From Carcharhinus amblyrhynchos (taxonomy: Eukaryota): a stretch of 64,000 nt of DNA. Shown here piece by piece: positions 51,125-64,000 of the stretch; positions within the stretch are counted from its first letter, which is position 1; each line of letters opens with the position of its first letter. The notes under the pieces were generated by a model. The model ran no database searches. It was not told the origin of the DNA and worked only from the letters and a program-made list of their open reading frames with translations. A program made the position numbers and the translations under genes. Location of the stretch: contig OZ336875.1 of assembly GCA_965287045.1 (NCBI GenBank), positions 69,936,001 to 70,000,000 of the forward strand. Direction: 5' to 3'.

Positions 51125-52352
51125 AATTCATCAACTTTGCTTCCACTTTCCACCCCTCCATTGCCTTCGCCTGGTCCATCAGACACTTCCCTTTCCTTCC
51201 TTAACCTGTCTTCATTTCCAGCAATCAACCATCTGGACTACAGCTCTACACACCCCACATTTGTAAAGATGCGATCCGTTTCTGTCAGATCCTTTGCCTC
51301 TGTTGCTTTTGTTCCGATGATGCCACTTTCCAAAGTGGTGCTTCTAGTACGTGCTCCTTTTTTCTCAATCATGGATTCCCATCTACTGCAGCTGACAGGG
51401 CGCTCAACAGCGTGCAGTCCATCTTCCATGCCACGACCCTCACCCCCTCCCAGAACAAGGATAGAGTCCCCTTTGTTCTCATATTTCACTCCGCCAGCCG
51501 CCACATGCAAAGCATAATCCTCCACAATTTTCATCAACTCCAGCATGGTGCCACCACCAAACACATCTTCCCTTCACTCCTTGTGTCAGCATGCTGCAGA
51601 GATGTTCCCTTCAGGATAATCTAGTCCACTCCTCCATTATACCAAACATCTCTCCTGTCACCCATGGCACCTTCCCATGCAAATGCAGAAGGTGTAACAC
51701 CTATTGCTTTACCTCTTCCATGCTCACCATTCAAGGTCCAAAACATTCATTCCAGGTTAAGCAACATTTTACTTGCACCTCTTCCAATTTGGTGGATTGC
51801 CAAACAGCATCTCATCTTCTGGATACGCATGTTACAGCCTTCTGGTCTTAGCATCAAATTCAACAACTTCAAATCGTTCGCTCTATCCTACCTCGGCCTC
51901 CTTTGTTTTCATTCTATTTTGTTTAATTTTCCACTGCTTTATTTCTTTATTGTCTTTCTGCATTTTTCCTTACCATACCTACCCCCCACCACTGCTTCCC
52001 CATTTCTACATTCTACCTCTGTCCCATTTCCCCCCCCTCCACTCCCCCAAAATCTCCACCTGTCACAGCTTACAGCTTCTCTGCCATTTGGCTATTCACA
52101 CCCTTTATTCTCTATGGACAGCTATTAGACATAGAAACCAGGGGAAAAGATTACTATGACTCATCTTCCATTCCCTCCCCCTGCATATAAAATATCTCCT
52201 ACTTGCTATGCTTTTTAGCTTTGACAAAGGGTCATCTGGACCCAAAATGTCAGCTCTTTTCTCTCCTTACAGATCTGCCAGAACTACTGAGATTTTCCAG
52301 CATTTTCTCTTTTGGTTTCAGATTCCAGCATCTGCAGCAATTTGCTTTTATT
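51125..52352 (+). mobile_element. Penelope-like element, decayed (RT C-terminus, Cys linker, deleted GIY-YIG core, terminal repeat)
   Basis: DTSLSFLNLS, YLDYSSSHP-like segment, SQNKDRVPFVLIFH, GTFPCKCRRCNT, QVKQHFTCTSSNLV, LQPSGLSIKFNNF. Confidence 0.85.
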
Positions 52353-53029
52353 TTATATTTGAAAAATTTTGATGAGTGGAGCTGAGTTTAGATTTTTTTT
52401 TCTCCTATTGAAATTGGTTAAATCGAGACTGGCTGCATTATGGAGTGAACACAAAAGATAAATTCTTAACAGTTCAGATTCTTGAATTTGGCTTAAAGTA
52501 CTATAGATTTCTAGCAATAAATGTCAACCATTGCATTTTCTACAGTCACAATGACTTAATTGAAACCCAATTGCTGTGCTTACTGTAAAAGCTCAGATCG
52601 GTAATGTATGAAGAACAGTTACTTTAAGGCATTATATGATGTCCATTTGAACTATGAACAGCAGCAAAATTACAGATTTTCCCCTTCTAATCTTCATCAA
52701 CTTGGGACCCTGACCCAAGAAGTATCCAAGATCTTCACAAACAGACATAAGAAAAACATAGAGGAGAGAAACAGTACAGAGCCATTAGCACAATAGAATC
52801 GTGGCTAAATTAGAGTTTGCAGTAGGAATCGGGTGAAAGGACTCTAAGGCAAGCATGATCAACATTGAATTTGGCAAAATAGGTCAACAGAAGTGGGCAA
52901 ACGTGTGCATTGGAACAGAATGCTAACAGTCACAAATAGTTTGGTCAGGGAGTAAAGGCAAAGCAGGTAAGTTCGCAGTGGGGCTAAGATTCATTCCAAA
53001 CATTGATGACTTCATTCAATCCAAGAACT

Positions 53030-53195
53030 CTCAAGCGCCTCCCCCCCACCGACCACTCTCTCACACAAACCCTCCCCCCAAAGCCCTCTCTCAAGGTCCC
53101 TTCCCCATCACCTCTCTCACAGGCTCCCTTCCCCAGTCTCTCTCACAAACTCCCCCCCGAGCCTCCCACCCCCTCTTAAGCTCCCGCACCTCCCT
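53030..53195. repeat. C-rich degenerate tandem repeat (ctctctcaca...ccctcccc, ~27-30 bp period)
   Basis: Repeated ctctctca units; G-rich on the CNOT4 sense strand. Confidence 0.7.
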
Positions 53196-53589
53196 CTGGA
53201 AGATTAATGTGGCTCACCCATGACAGTATAAAAATGAGCAGTGTGATGGCATGGGTTGAAGAATATGGTAGAGTGGTGCAAATTAATATCATGCACATGT
53301 ATGAAAATTCACTCAACACAACCAAAAGATATACAAGCTAGAGATGACATCAGAACATATGCTCAGCAGATCCACAAGACTGGTATATAGGACTGGAACT
53401 ATTCAACGGCAAATATATAAATTGGACAATTGAAAGTTGGCATGGAGGGATACACTACAGCGCAGAACAGGCCCTTCGGCCCACGATGTAACACATCGAC
53501 ACATCTTGACCAACTGTACCAAATACTGCAGAAATTATTGAGCGAGATGAAGAGAGATCATGCATCATGTTCATAGGGAATGCCATTTA

Positions 53590-53995
53590 TAAATGCCAGC
53601 AAAAGGACTTTTGTCTTGAGTCACAACGTTTGGAAGTCAAACCCCACTCCAGGATGAGTGCAGAGTCTAGTCTGAAACTGAGTGTTACTTTATTACAAGG
53701 TACGTCATATTAAAGTGAGGCTCCATCTGCCTCCTCAGATAAAACACATTATTTTCAAGGGCAGGAAAATTATTCCCATGGCAGATCTAGTATTAATTCC
53801 TCAGTCGATAGCCAAATAAGCCAATTATTTTGATGTAAACTTCATTTGCCATTTGCAGAATCTCAGATATATAGTTGAATTGTCATATTTGCCTACGCAA
53901 CGGTAACAGCAGCTGGCAAGTACTCCATTGGTTTTGGAGGTTTTTGTGACATCCTGATGCTTGGAAAGATGAAGTAAAAATACAAGTTCTTATTT
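53590..53995 (+). mobile_element. Deu-domain SINE, diverged
   Basis: cttgagtcacaacg...caaaccccactccagg head; gaggctccatctgcctcctcag core. Confidence 0.65.
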
Positions 53996-56900
53996 TGCTT
54001 TGGCTAAAGCCACTTTTGCTTCATGAGCAGCAAAGATCCAACTGCATGCATTCCAACTGAGAACTTAGATGTGCACAGGGAACACATTCATCAAAATTAG
54101 AGAGTAAAGGGATTTTGGAGAAAGTTCAGCAAGCGGAGAACAGATGCACCTAGGATGTGCTTTTTTGGTCTGGAGGATGGGATGGAACAGCTATTTTGAC
54201 AGGAGCATGGCACAGCTGTCAATTTTGCATCAGGACAGGAATGGGAATGGCATTGATACAGCAAGCAATGGGTCTTGAGTGAGCAGCTGAGTCTCAAATA
54301 CGTTTGGCTTAGATCTGAACATAACATTTTGAACTTGGACAAATTCCTGGCAAGAAATAGACCTCTCAGTGGTATTAATGTATTTATAATGTAGATTGAT
54401 AAAATGAATCACAAATGCTATACACTGGTACGATAATTTTTATTACACTGTATGGTACCAACAAACCAAATAAGTTTTGTCAAACCACTGGTTATGAGTA
54501 CCATCTTTCCATTGTCTGAGGAATTATAACCTAATGAGATTGCCTCCAAAGACAGATAAAAATTTGATTCAAGTCAACTGCATCCCAGCACAAGAATAAA
54601 AATAGTGGAAAAGGATTGGAATTGGTCAGGGCAATTTCTTGACTGCATTTGGCACAGTTTTCCTGCTTAAAAGCAACCAACAATGGAGCGAGAGAAATGA
54701 AGATTGAAAGAAAGTTTGACAAGCATATGAGTGAGAAGGGAACAGATTATTACAATGGTAGATTTGGATGACGACAGCTTGGAGGATGCTCAAGTACAGC
54801 ATAAACACATGAATGAACTGGTTATGCCAAATGTTGAGTTTCTGTACTTTATGACTCTTGATCTTTATATGTGGAGTGGATCGCCTGTTCAAACAACACT
54901 ACTCCCGTCTCAACAAATAAGTTATCCAAAGAACTCAATCCCAAATCACTTCCTTCAAGCACCAGAGAAAATTAAGAAACTACCACATTACTGTGAACAT
55001 TCTGGTGATTAAAGAGTTAGAAGGCCAAAAACTGCAGTACTGAGACAAGAAATGTACTTCAGGAGAATTTGAGAACAATTTCACTGCTCTGAAAGGTGGA
55101 AGAATCTAAGGTTAAAGTGAAATTTTGTTCACCATCCCAAGCACGATGATATACATGAAAATTTCCCCAGTTTAAGTGACATTAATGGAGGTGCTTTAAG
55201 GTATAAGCATCTGGACAGGACAGGCAAAAACTGTTAAAAATTTAGTTGGTTTGTGGCAATCCAGCCTTCTCATTAAGATTACTGCAACGTTTCTCACTAA
55301 TTCACATTAGAACTATTTTAATTGTTGTCTACACTTTGGATAAGATAGTATTAACGTAGGCCAAAAAAAAATCAACTCCTAAACTGAAGTTGAGCAGGTC
55401 ATTCCGAATGGAGGAACTCACTTAACAACTACAAATTCACTCCTCACTTCATCTTCCCAATCTGACTTAATTGATGAAACTGCAACTGAAGGATTACAAA
55501 CCAGATGAAAGCTATTCCTTCAGCAGAATAGTCTGAATAATTGTCCTGATTTTGCAGATTATAGTACAGAAAAAATTCAATTTTATAAACAATTTTCTAC
55601 ACTCATCTCTCCTGCACATCACTGAACGTGAAAAAATTCTTTCAGAGTGAGCAGTGGCAATTTTCTACCTTAAACGCTTGAGTGCATTAGAAAGGTATTC
55701 AACAAACAAAAGACAAAACACAAGGGGATTGGATGATGCAATAATTTTTGACACTTGCCTTCCATTTTTGGATTCAAACCAAGATACATTGGCAACAAAA
55801 TTCTTTGCACATGCTGGCTGTTCAGATGTTATATGAAATAAATTTGGGCCATCTCCTTCCAATTCTTAATTAATAGGGATCACAGCACAAAAATGTCAGT
55901 TATTCAGCATATTCAGATCTCAAAGCAATGTGGGAAATGGAAAATAGCACGATAATCTAAGTGAGAAGATGAAGAGCCCTAAAGCAATTGGTTTAAATAA
56001 TAATTTGTTAAATTAACTCCAAAGGTCACAATACTTCTGAATAAATATTGAACTTCTGTCATTTAACACTGATTTCTTAATCTGGATCGACACAATCAAG
56101 AGGGCAGGAAAGGACACATTACTAATTAATATGACACATCTTTAAAGGAAACATTGCAAACACTGAGCAGAGAGAGCTGGGACCACAACTTGAACTAAGG
56201 CAACCTCTTCAAGCTACTGCAGGCCATAAATCAGTGATTCTGGCTGGGGATAAAACACCACTAAAAACTGGTAGGATTATACTAGTTAAATATTTCAGAA
56301 ATACTGGTGAGTGGAACTACCATAAAGTAAATAAAATTAAAAAACTGTTACGCACTTCACACAGGACAAACTCATAATTAACCTCAAAAATCAAGCTCAC
56401 TCAAATTGACAATGGATATATCCATGATGTGACCACAGGGAGGATAAAATTACTATGCGAGTGCTTCACTGGATTGCCCTCTAAAGCATATAAATTCACT
56501 GTGGTTGTGTTATCAAGAGTTTCCCAATTGTATCCCATCTCTTTATTTCCATTCTATTGTGACAGCATTTCACCCTTCCCTATCACATGGTGTTCACAAT
56601 TTCAACAGAATTCTACAGAAGTTTTTATTTATTTTAAATTCATTGTGTGATTTCTTCCTACTATTCAGTAGAAGGCAGAGATTTGTTCTTTTTTTTAAAC
56701 TAGCCAACTTTTGGAATGACCGACCTTATTTATTTCCCTCAACGTGGCTTCCATATTACAGAAAGGAAAGGGAAGCACAAAGTGCAAAAAATGCAATTAA
56801 GATAATGCAGATGAGGGGTTACAGAGAGGAAATGGAAGGGTTGAGGGGGTACTGTAAAAGTCGGGACCATAAATCCAATAAAGGAATTCAGTAGCAATTG

Positions 56901-57269
56901 TTCAAAATGTAGAATTCACCACCACATGGACAGGTTGTGATGAATAGCACGTATGCGTGCAAAAGGAGGCTAGTCAGAAAACGAGGGGGGATGGAATAGA
57001 AGAGGGGGGGTGACATAATCGAGTAAATAAACGAAGAGGTGGTCATACAGATCATAATCTGAATAGACTTACTCAGTCAAATGTCTTGTTCTTAAATTGT
57101 ATATCTTATCCAGTTTTTTTTCAAACAAACAAGCACACAAGTTATCTATCTTAGCAGCCAAAACAATCTGTCAATGCACAACGTATAATCAAAGCCAATG
57201 ACAGGTTCTTAAGGCAAACAAACTTGTTGCCCTGCTCATCAGCACTTATCTACTATATTTTAATACAAA

Positions 57270-59755
57270 GTGACTGTTTGACAGATCACAGGCTCATTGC
57301 CTCCAAAATGAGGCTCTGCATCAGACCCAAGGAGGCATCCACAAGAAAGCAAGGTTATGAAAACAATGAGGCCAAACTAAAGAACCCCAGTATAGCTTCA
57401 GTGCTGGCTGAAGACTTAGGAAATCAAGCTTGCTGACCTCCACCTCGCATGCAGCGCTGAGGACGACTGGGAACGCTTCAGGGATGCTATCCATACATCT
57501 GCATTGAAGACGCTCAGGCCCTCCACCCACAAGCAGCATGATTGGTTTGGTGAAAATGAGGAGATGATACAGGCTCTACTTATTGAAAAGCACCATTTTC
57601 ATGGGGCCTGTAAGGATGACCCATCATCAGCTGCCTAGAAAAGTGCTTTTACCAGTGCTTCCAGGACAGTCCAGAATAAACTTTAAAATGCAGGATGCCT
57701 GGCTGAGCGCCAAAGCAGATGAAATACAGGGTTACGCTGACAGAAACAACTTGAAACGGTTCTATGAAGCCCTCAACACTCTCTATGGACCTCAATCTCT
57801 GAGCTCACCCCTCCTGAGTACAGATGGTACAACTCTCATTACAGAAAGGGCTCAGATCCTGCAGAGATAAAGTGAAGCCGCCCTCAACTGACCGTCATCT
57901 ATTAACGATGAGGCAATAGACAGGATTCTCCAGGTTAATATCAACAATGCCATAGATGACCCACAGGTAGTAGCAGAAGTCACGAAAGCTGTCAGCCAGC
58001 TATCCAGTGGCAAAGCCCCAGAGGCAGATGCCATACCCGCAGTCATCTATAAAGTTGCTGATACTGCACTAATCGAAAAGCTCACGAGTTGTTCCAGTCC
58101 TTTTGGAAGCAAGGATCCATTCCTCAGGAACTTAAAGATGCTTCCATCGTACACCTCTACAAGAGGAAGGGCAATCAGGAAGTATGCAACAACCACCAAG
58201 GAATCTCGCTGCTCTCCATCACAGGAAAAACCCTCGCAAGAGTCCTGCTAAATCGTCTGGTCACTTATCTGGAGCCGGGCCTGCTTCCGCAGTCACAGTG
58301 CGGCTTCTGCAAAGGTCATGGGACTACTGACATGATTTTTGCTGCGCACCAACTTCAGAAGTGTCAGGAGCAGCATCGTGAACTCTACACAACCTTTGTT
58401 GACCTCATGAAAGCCTTCGACACTATCAGCCGACAAGGCCTGTGGAGGATCATGTCAAAGTTTGGCTGCCCCCCTAAATTCATTCAGATGGTACGCCAGT
58501 TCCATGATGGCCAGAGTACTGGATGGCGGAGAATCCTCTGAGGCATTCCCAGTCACCCCTGGCGTCAAACAGGGCTGTGTGCTCACAACCACACTGTTCA
58601 GCATGATGTTTACTGCCATGCTGAATGATGCCTTCCAGGACAGTGTTGCTGGAATCAACCTCAAGTACAGAGTGGGTGAGAAGCTCTTCCACCTGAGGAG
58701 ACATCAAGCTATTACCGAAGTGAAAGAGACTGTTCTGAGAGATTTCCTCTTTGCCGATGACTGCGCCCTGTATGCTGGCTCATAGCCAGAGATGCAAGTC
58801 AATATGGACAAATTTTCCACGGCTTGTGACAACTCTGGACTCACCATCAATAAAAAGACTGAAGTCGTGCACCAGCCTGCTCCTCATGCACTGTACACAG
58901 AACCCATAATCACAGTCAAAGGGCAGAAACTACAGGCAGTGGACCAGTTCACTGATCTTGGCAGCACTCTCTCCCAAGCAGTGACTCTTGATACAGAAGT
59001 TAACTGCAGCATAGCAAAGGCAAGTTCTGCTTTTGGTAGACTGCGCTCCACTGTATGGGAATGTTGAAGAATCAGCCCAGCAACAAAACTGAAGATCTAC
59101 AGCGCCGTGGTACTCACTACCCTCCTGTATGCCTGTGAAACGTGGACTGTGTATTAAAGGCATGCAAGACAGTTCAATCATTTCCACATGACTTGACTTT
59201 GCAGAATATTATGCATCAGATGGCAAGACAAAGTACCAGACATTGAAGTTCTCTCTAGAGCAAGTCTACCATCAGTCCACACACTGCTGATGAGAGCGCA
59301 GACCCGGTGGGCAGGTCATGTCATCCATATGTCAGATGAGCACATACCCAAGCAGCTCCTTTTTGGGGAGCTCTCTGCTGGTAGACGCTCGCATGGAGGG
59401 CAGAAGAAACATTTCAAAGACACACTCAAGGCCTCCCTGAAGTCGCTTAACATTGACACGACCACCTGGGAAACGCTGGCACAAAACCGCCCTACCTGGC
59501 GCTGCCTCATACACAAAGGCTGTCAAGCTCACGAAGCAAGGTGTATTGCTGAAGCACAACTTAAGCGCGAGCTTCACAAGTCCACAGCCACCAGCGCAAC
59601 AACTATAGTGCCTACACAAGTCTGTCCAATACGTGCCAGAACATTCCGTGCTTAAACTAACATGATCAGTCACCTTTGGACACACTGCAACCAGCCTCAA
59701 AATGACGAACGGTATCAAGGTCCTCATCAATGACGATGGACAAACAATAACAATA
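57270..59755 (+). mobile_element. RTE-clade LINE, 5'-truncated (end of APE endonuclease plus full RT), several stops and frameshifts
   Basis: CLTDHRLI, IPQELKDASIVHLYKRKGN, QCGFCKGHGTTDMIF, FVDLMKAFDTISR, GVKQGCVL, FLFADDCAL, RWAGHV, GGQKKHFKDTLK; short caa-rich tail. Confidence 0.93.
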
Positions 59756-60644
59756 CCAAGTGAACATCAAGGCCCCAAAGACTTCCTTCAGTCCTAGTAA
59801 TCCATCCTCAAAATCCAGGCCATCAGCCTGTTTGGTGTTTACGTTGATTTGTCCGGCATGAGAGTCATGGCACTGGGTCTTGATTCGGCTGCAGTTAATT
59901 CTACAGCTCATTGGTGAAAAGAGCCTGAATCACAACATCAACATATTAGTAACTTGATATATATTCAAAATAATAGAACGTGGATTTAAATCTTGAGTCC
60001 TGCTCACTCCTTAGTACATACCAATAGAAGAGTGCTGGGATTTGCTTGCTTTACGTAATAGGGCATTGGATGTAATTCAAAAATTTGGGGAACACCAACG
60101 TACTGAACGAATCATAGCAAAAACTTACAGCAATAACATTCAGAGAGAAAAACGGCAATTGTATATAAAAGCACTGAACACTCAGTAATGTTTAAATAAA
60201 GTCACGAATGTGTATGTAAAGTCACTGCAGTGAAAAAACTCATTAAAACATTGTATTTTGTCAGCAAGCTGACCTGGAGGGTAAAAAAAGTGTTCAAATA
60301 CAATTATATTGCAAGCTGAACACCCTATTACGAAGGGCCATCCAGAATTGAAACATTAGCTCTGCTCTCTCCACAGATGCTCTCACACCTGCTGAGAATT
60401 GGTAGCATTTTCTGTTTGTTTCAGATTCCAGCATCCGCATTAATTTGCTTTTACTCTGTTAATCAACATCACAGAATCGCTACAGTGCAGGAGGCCGCCA
60501 TTTGGCCCATCAAGTCTGCACTGCTCATTCGTAACAACGTATCTTACCTAGCCCATCCCCCACCATTCCTCATAAGCTTGTACTTGCTCTACAAATCCCA
60601 TAACCAGCACATCTAATTCAATTGATGTTTTGGGGAGTGGGGTA

Positions 60645-60950
60645 ACATTCCTACCACAGCAGATGAAGAATTTGAATTCAATAAAAATGTGTGGAATTAA
60701 GAATCTCTTGATGACCATGAAAACATTATATGGTTGGTGGAAAAACCAATCTGGTTCATTAATGTCCTTTAGGGAAGGAAATTTGCAGTCCTTACATGGT
60801 CTGATTTACATGCAACACCAGAGCCACAGTAAAGTGGTTAACTCTCAACTGGCCCCCGAAATCGCCAAGACATTCAGTTCAGCGGAAACTAGGGATGATA
60901 ATATGTGCTGGCCAGCCAGATGCCCATATCCCATGAGTGAATAAAAAAAC
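60645..60950 (+). mobile_element. SINE of the 2274-2635 family, 5'-truncated
   Basis: tttgaattcaataaaa...tggaattaagaatct...tttagggaaggaaat...ccagagccacag...gatgcccatatcccatgagtgaataaaaaaa. Confidence 0.82.
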
Positions 60951-61572
60951 TAAAAGGGCAATTTACCACACCTAATTTTGGACACTAAGGGATAATTTAC
61001 ATTAACCCCAATGCAAACACCAAGTTTCTTGATTTGGTTTCACACCGATTGCTATCAGCAAAACTTTTTTTTTCGACATCAAGTGCTGACTCCAGTTGGC
61101 AGCAACATAAGGCTACCTCATCCTAATCCTGCACAGAGGCAGCTGATGAATCAGTCGTCCCAACCCAATACATTGACCAACTCAGCTGCAATGGTACAAC
61201 TTGGATTGGACGACTTTAAAAAAATACTTTAGCACTGCTTTCCAGTTAACATTGAACCTTGGGATTTATTTGTTGCTGATTTTTGTTCAGTGACTGCCAT
61301 GCTCTGAAGATATGAATTAAACAGCAGATTACAGATACAGACACTAAGTGATCAGTGGATTATAGTCATGCATCTTTTGGGGTTCACGTCTGATATTAAA
61401 ATCCTCCTGCTATCCCAATCAATGCATATGCATTTATCCTTCTTGAACTCAAGCTCTATTCAGCTCATAGGTTTTGTGCACTTCAGAGCGCATTTAGGAA
61501 GCAATGCCCTTTTACTATTCAAGGTCTGAAATTGATCCCATGCTCCTGTGAGACACTGACAAAGCCACATAC

Positions 61573-61825
61573 CTGATGTGAAGAGACTCTGTGGCTCTGG
61601 TGCTGTTGGCCAGTCATGTGTTGATGGTGACGAAGTGGGGTAAAGCAGGCTGTTTGGGAGAGGGTTAGGATGTCTGAAATTACTGTTGTCTGAAAAGAGG
61701 GATTGGGATTCTGCTGCAGCCCCTTCAAAAGGGGAGCGTGCATTATGATTAGATGAACTAATGGGGACTACTGGATTGGGTTTTGTTAATCCTGGTGGTG
61801 GTGAAGGTGTTTCACTGGTAGGGAT
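61573..61825 (-). CDS. CNOT4: CNOT4 internal coding exon (253 bp), IPTSETPSPPPGLTKPNPVVPISSSNHNARSPFEG...DWPTAPEPQSLFTS
   Basis: Acceptor ttttcag|ATCCC, donor CATCAG|gtatgt. 84 codons plus 1 nt. Strong match to the CNOT4 Pro/Ser-rich region (TPSPPPGL, DWPTAPEPQSLFTS). Confidence 0.96.
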
Positions 61826-62048
61826 CTGAAAAGGAGACACAATTGCACGTTAGTCATAACATTAGTGAAGATGTACAGTCTAAAGCTCAGAAATTCACCC
61901 TGCCAATTTAGAGCACAAATGAGAGGTGGAACTCTCCAAATGGCCCTTTTAATTGCACTCAATGCCAAAATACTTAAGAGCATTTCAGCACATAAGGTAC
62001 TTGTAAGTTGAATTCAAAATGCCTTGTTTGAATGTTTTCTACACCATT

Positions 62049-62915
62049 CATAGAAACAATACAGTGCAGAAGGAGGCCATTTGGCCCATCAAGTCTACAC
62101 CAACTCTCCAAATAACATAGAACACTACAGCACAAACAGGCCCTTCGGCCCGAGTTGCGCCGATCACATCAACACCTACCAATCTATAGACCTATCTATA
62201 ACCCCCAATCCCATAAAACCCCATATACTCATCCAGAAGTCTTTTAAAAGACCCCAGCGAGTTCGCCTCCACCACCACTGATGGCAGCCGATTCCATTCA
62301 CTCACCACCCTCAGTGAAAAACTTACCCCTAACATCACTTCTGTACTTTCCTCCCTGCACCTTAAATCTGTGTCCTCTCGTAGCGACCATTTCAACCCGG
62401 GGAAATAGCCTCTGAGAGTCCACCCTATCTATTCCTCTCAACATTTTATAAACTTCTATCAGGTCGCCTCTCAACCTTTGTCTCTCCAGGGAAAAGAGAC
62501 CCAGCTCCCTCAACCTAACTTCATAAGGCATGCCTCCCAGTCCAGGCAACATCCTTGTAAATCTCCTCTGTACCCTTTCAATAGCTTCTATGTCTTTCCT
62601 ATAGTGAGGCGACCAGAACTGCACACAGTACTCCAAATGAGGCCTGACAAGGGTCTTATAAAGTTACATCTTACCACAATCCGTCCCTCCAGCCTATCGC
62701 CTTAACTACATGCATTTATCTCCACTAATCCCTTAACATGCACATCCTGGTACATTAAAAGGCAATTTAGCATGTCCAGTCCAGTTAACCTGCACATCTT
62801 TGGAGTGTGGAAGGAAACTGGAGCACCTGGAGGAAACTCATGCAGAAAAGAGGAGAACATGCAAACTCAACACAGAATTACCCAAGCTGGAATTCAACCT
62901 GGGCCCCTGGTACAG
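62049..62915 (-). mobile_element. V-type SINE (62049-62114 and 62666-62915) interrupted by a CR1 3' fragment (62115-62665)
   Basis: SINE tail and body flank [35 protein letters not shown], which has its own tail. Confidence 0.85.
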
Positions 62916-63592
62916 TGAGCTTGCAGAGTCTGAGGGGTGGGGGCAAGGGCAGCTGAGAGGGGGGCAAAGAGGGGGCACAACAACAAGGGGTGAGAAGAGG
63001 GCAATGGCATGCGCACCACGGGAGGAAAGGCAGCAATGGCTTACGCACGAGGGGAAAGACGATGGCGGCCACGCTGATGGGGAGAGACAGTGCAAGAGAA
63101 CACTTTAGAGTACACATGTGCGTGAGAGAGCACAAGAGTATGTGAGAGCAAGTGTGAAAATCAGCCACGATAGTTCTGAATGGGTAGCTATGAAGGACAT
63201 TGGGCCTATTTCTGATCTATTCTATGTTTTTCTACATAGATTCAAAGATATTTAGTATGAGCAGCATAATTATGCAACTGATCCAAGGTGGTGTTCTCAT
63301 GACAGGGTCAAGGCAAAGCATTTCATTTGGCAGATTCAAGATGGTTTACTCTTTGTCTATGCTTTTGCATTCATGGAGCACAGAATGGAATTGCAAAGGA
63401 AAACTTCAATCCTCTTGGACATGTGATCTGAACAAGCCCCACTTCTGGCTATTAGAAAATTCTTGTGACACGTCAATCATTCAAACGTTAGGCACTGAAG
63501 AGGGCATGCGTTAGAACAGAAAGCGCTAAACTGGCGTATGGCAAGAAGCTTAATGAGCTAAGTATATATTTAAAGATCCAAATACATCTTAC

Positions 63593-63650
63593 CTGCTGTA
63601 AATTATCTCCATTTCCTAGACTGAGTGCTTCTGGCGGTTTATCCACAGGT
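63593..63650 (-). CDS. CNOT4: CNOT4 internal coding exon (58 bp), PVDKPPEALSLGNGDNLQQ
   Basis: Minus strand ttctttgcag|ACCTGTG...TTACAGCAG|gtaag. Peptide matches vertebrate CNOT4 PIDKPSDSLSIGNGDNSQQ. Ends in phase 0, compatible with the next exon. Confidence 0.93.
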
Positions 63651-64000
63651 CTGCAAAGAAGAGAAATTGCAACAAGTTGATGGTGTATCTGCAATCACGC
63701 TTAGTGTGCCAGTCTGCTTGTTTTTTCAGGAATTTTAAAAGCCCAGTGAAGGACAATGCTCATACAGCAAGATCCCACCAACATTCAAAAAAAAGCAAAA
63801 ATGATAGTCAAGGTGAATTAGCAAATTAGCCACAGATTGTTATGATGCTCATGCTTTTCATATTAAGTTGTCAAAAAGCAGCAAATCAAATAAAATGCCA
63901 CTGCATGGTCAGTGTCACATGCCTGCAATCTGGTGTGGTGGCACATTTACTACACCAGGATTGCTAAATTAGCCAACATAATTGGCAGGCAGACAGAGAT

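Noticed and set aside
52220-52260. Hammerhead-like position in the second Penelope terminal-repeat family (also ~60330)
   Set aside because: Core is mutated (ttgacaaag...caaaa; ttacgaag...gaaac), with no intact CUGANGA plus GAAA.
55665-55862. 65-aa minus-strand ORF in a repeat-poor region
   Set aside because: No recognisable homology or convincing splice sites, and the CNOT4 peptide is already continuous across this intron.
62838-63168. Overlapping Cys/Pro-rich ORFs in a GC-rich patch
   Set aside because: Low-complexity purine-rich sequence next to a SINE; open frames reflect composition.

Overview
Eukaryotic genomic DNA, almost certainly from a cartilaginous fish (shark): the repeats are HE1/V-type SINEs, HER1-like CR1 LINEs, Deu-domain SINEs and Penelope-like elements. 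The window lies inside the 3' half of CNOT4 (CCR4-NOT subunit 4, RING E3 ligase) on the minus strand. Four coding exons have canonical GT-AG boundaries and compatible phases: 63593-63650, 61573-61825, 47937-48434 (carries the CAF40-binding motif) and 19321-19527. I did not find the RING/RRM exons or the canonical last exon, so they probably lie outside the window. Nearly all other ORFs in the track are decayed reverse-transcriptase fragments or noise. Best leads: (i) three short foldback, TSD-flanked Penelope-derived insertions, one with an intact minimal hammerhead ribozyme fold; (ii) several in-frame candidate alternative C-terminal exons of CNOT4, one hydrophobic with its own AATAAA; (iii) a local ~305-bp inverted duplication and two local direct duplications; (iv) an RTE-clade LINE. 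Repeat boundaries are estimated by eye and family names come from recalled motifs, not database searches. I see no prokaryote-type system and cannot claim a demonstrably new biological system.
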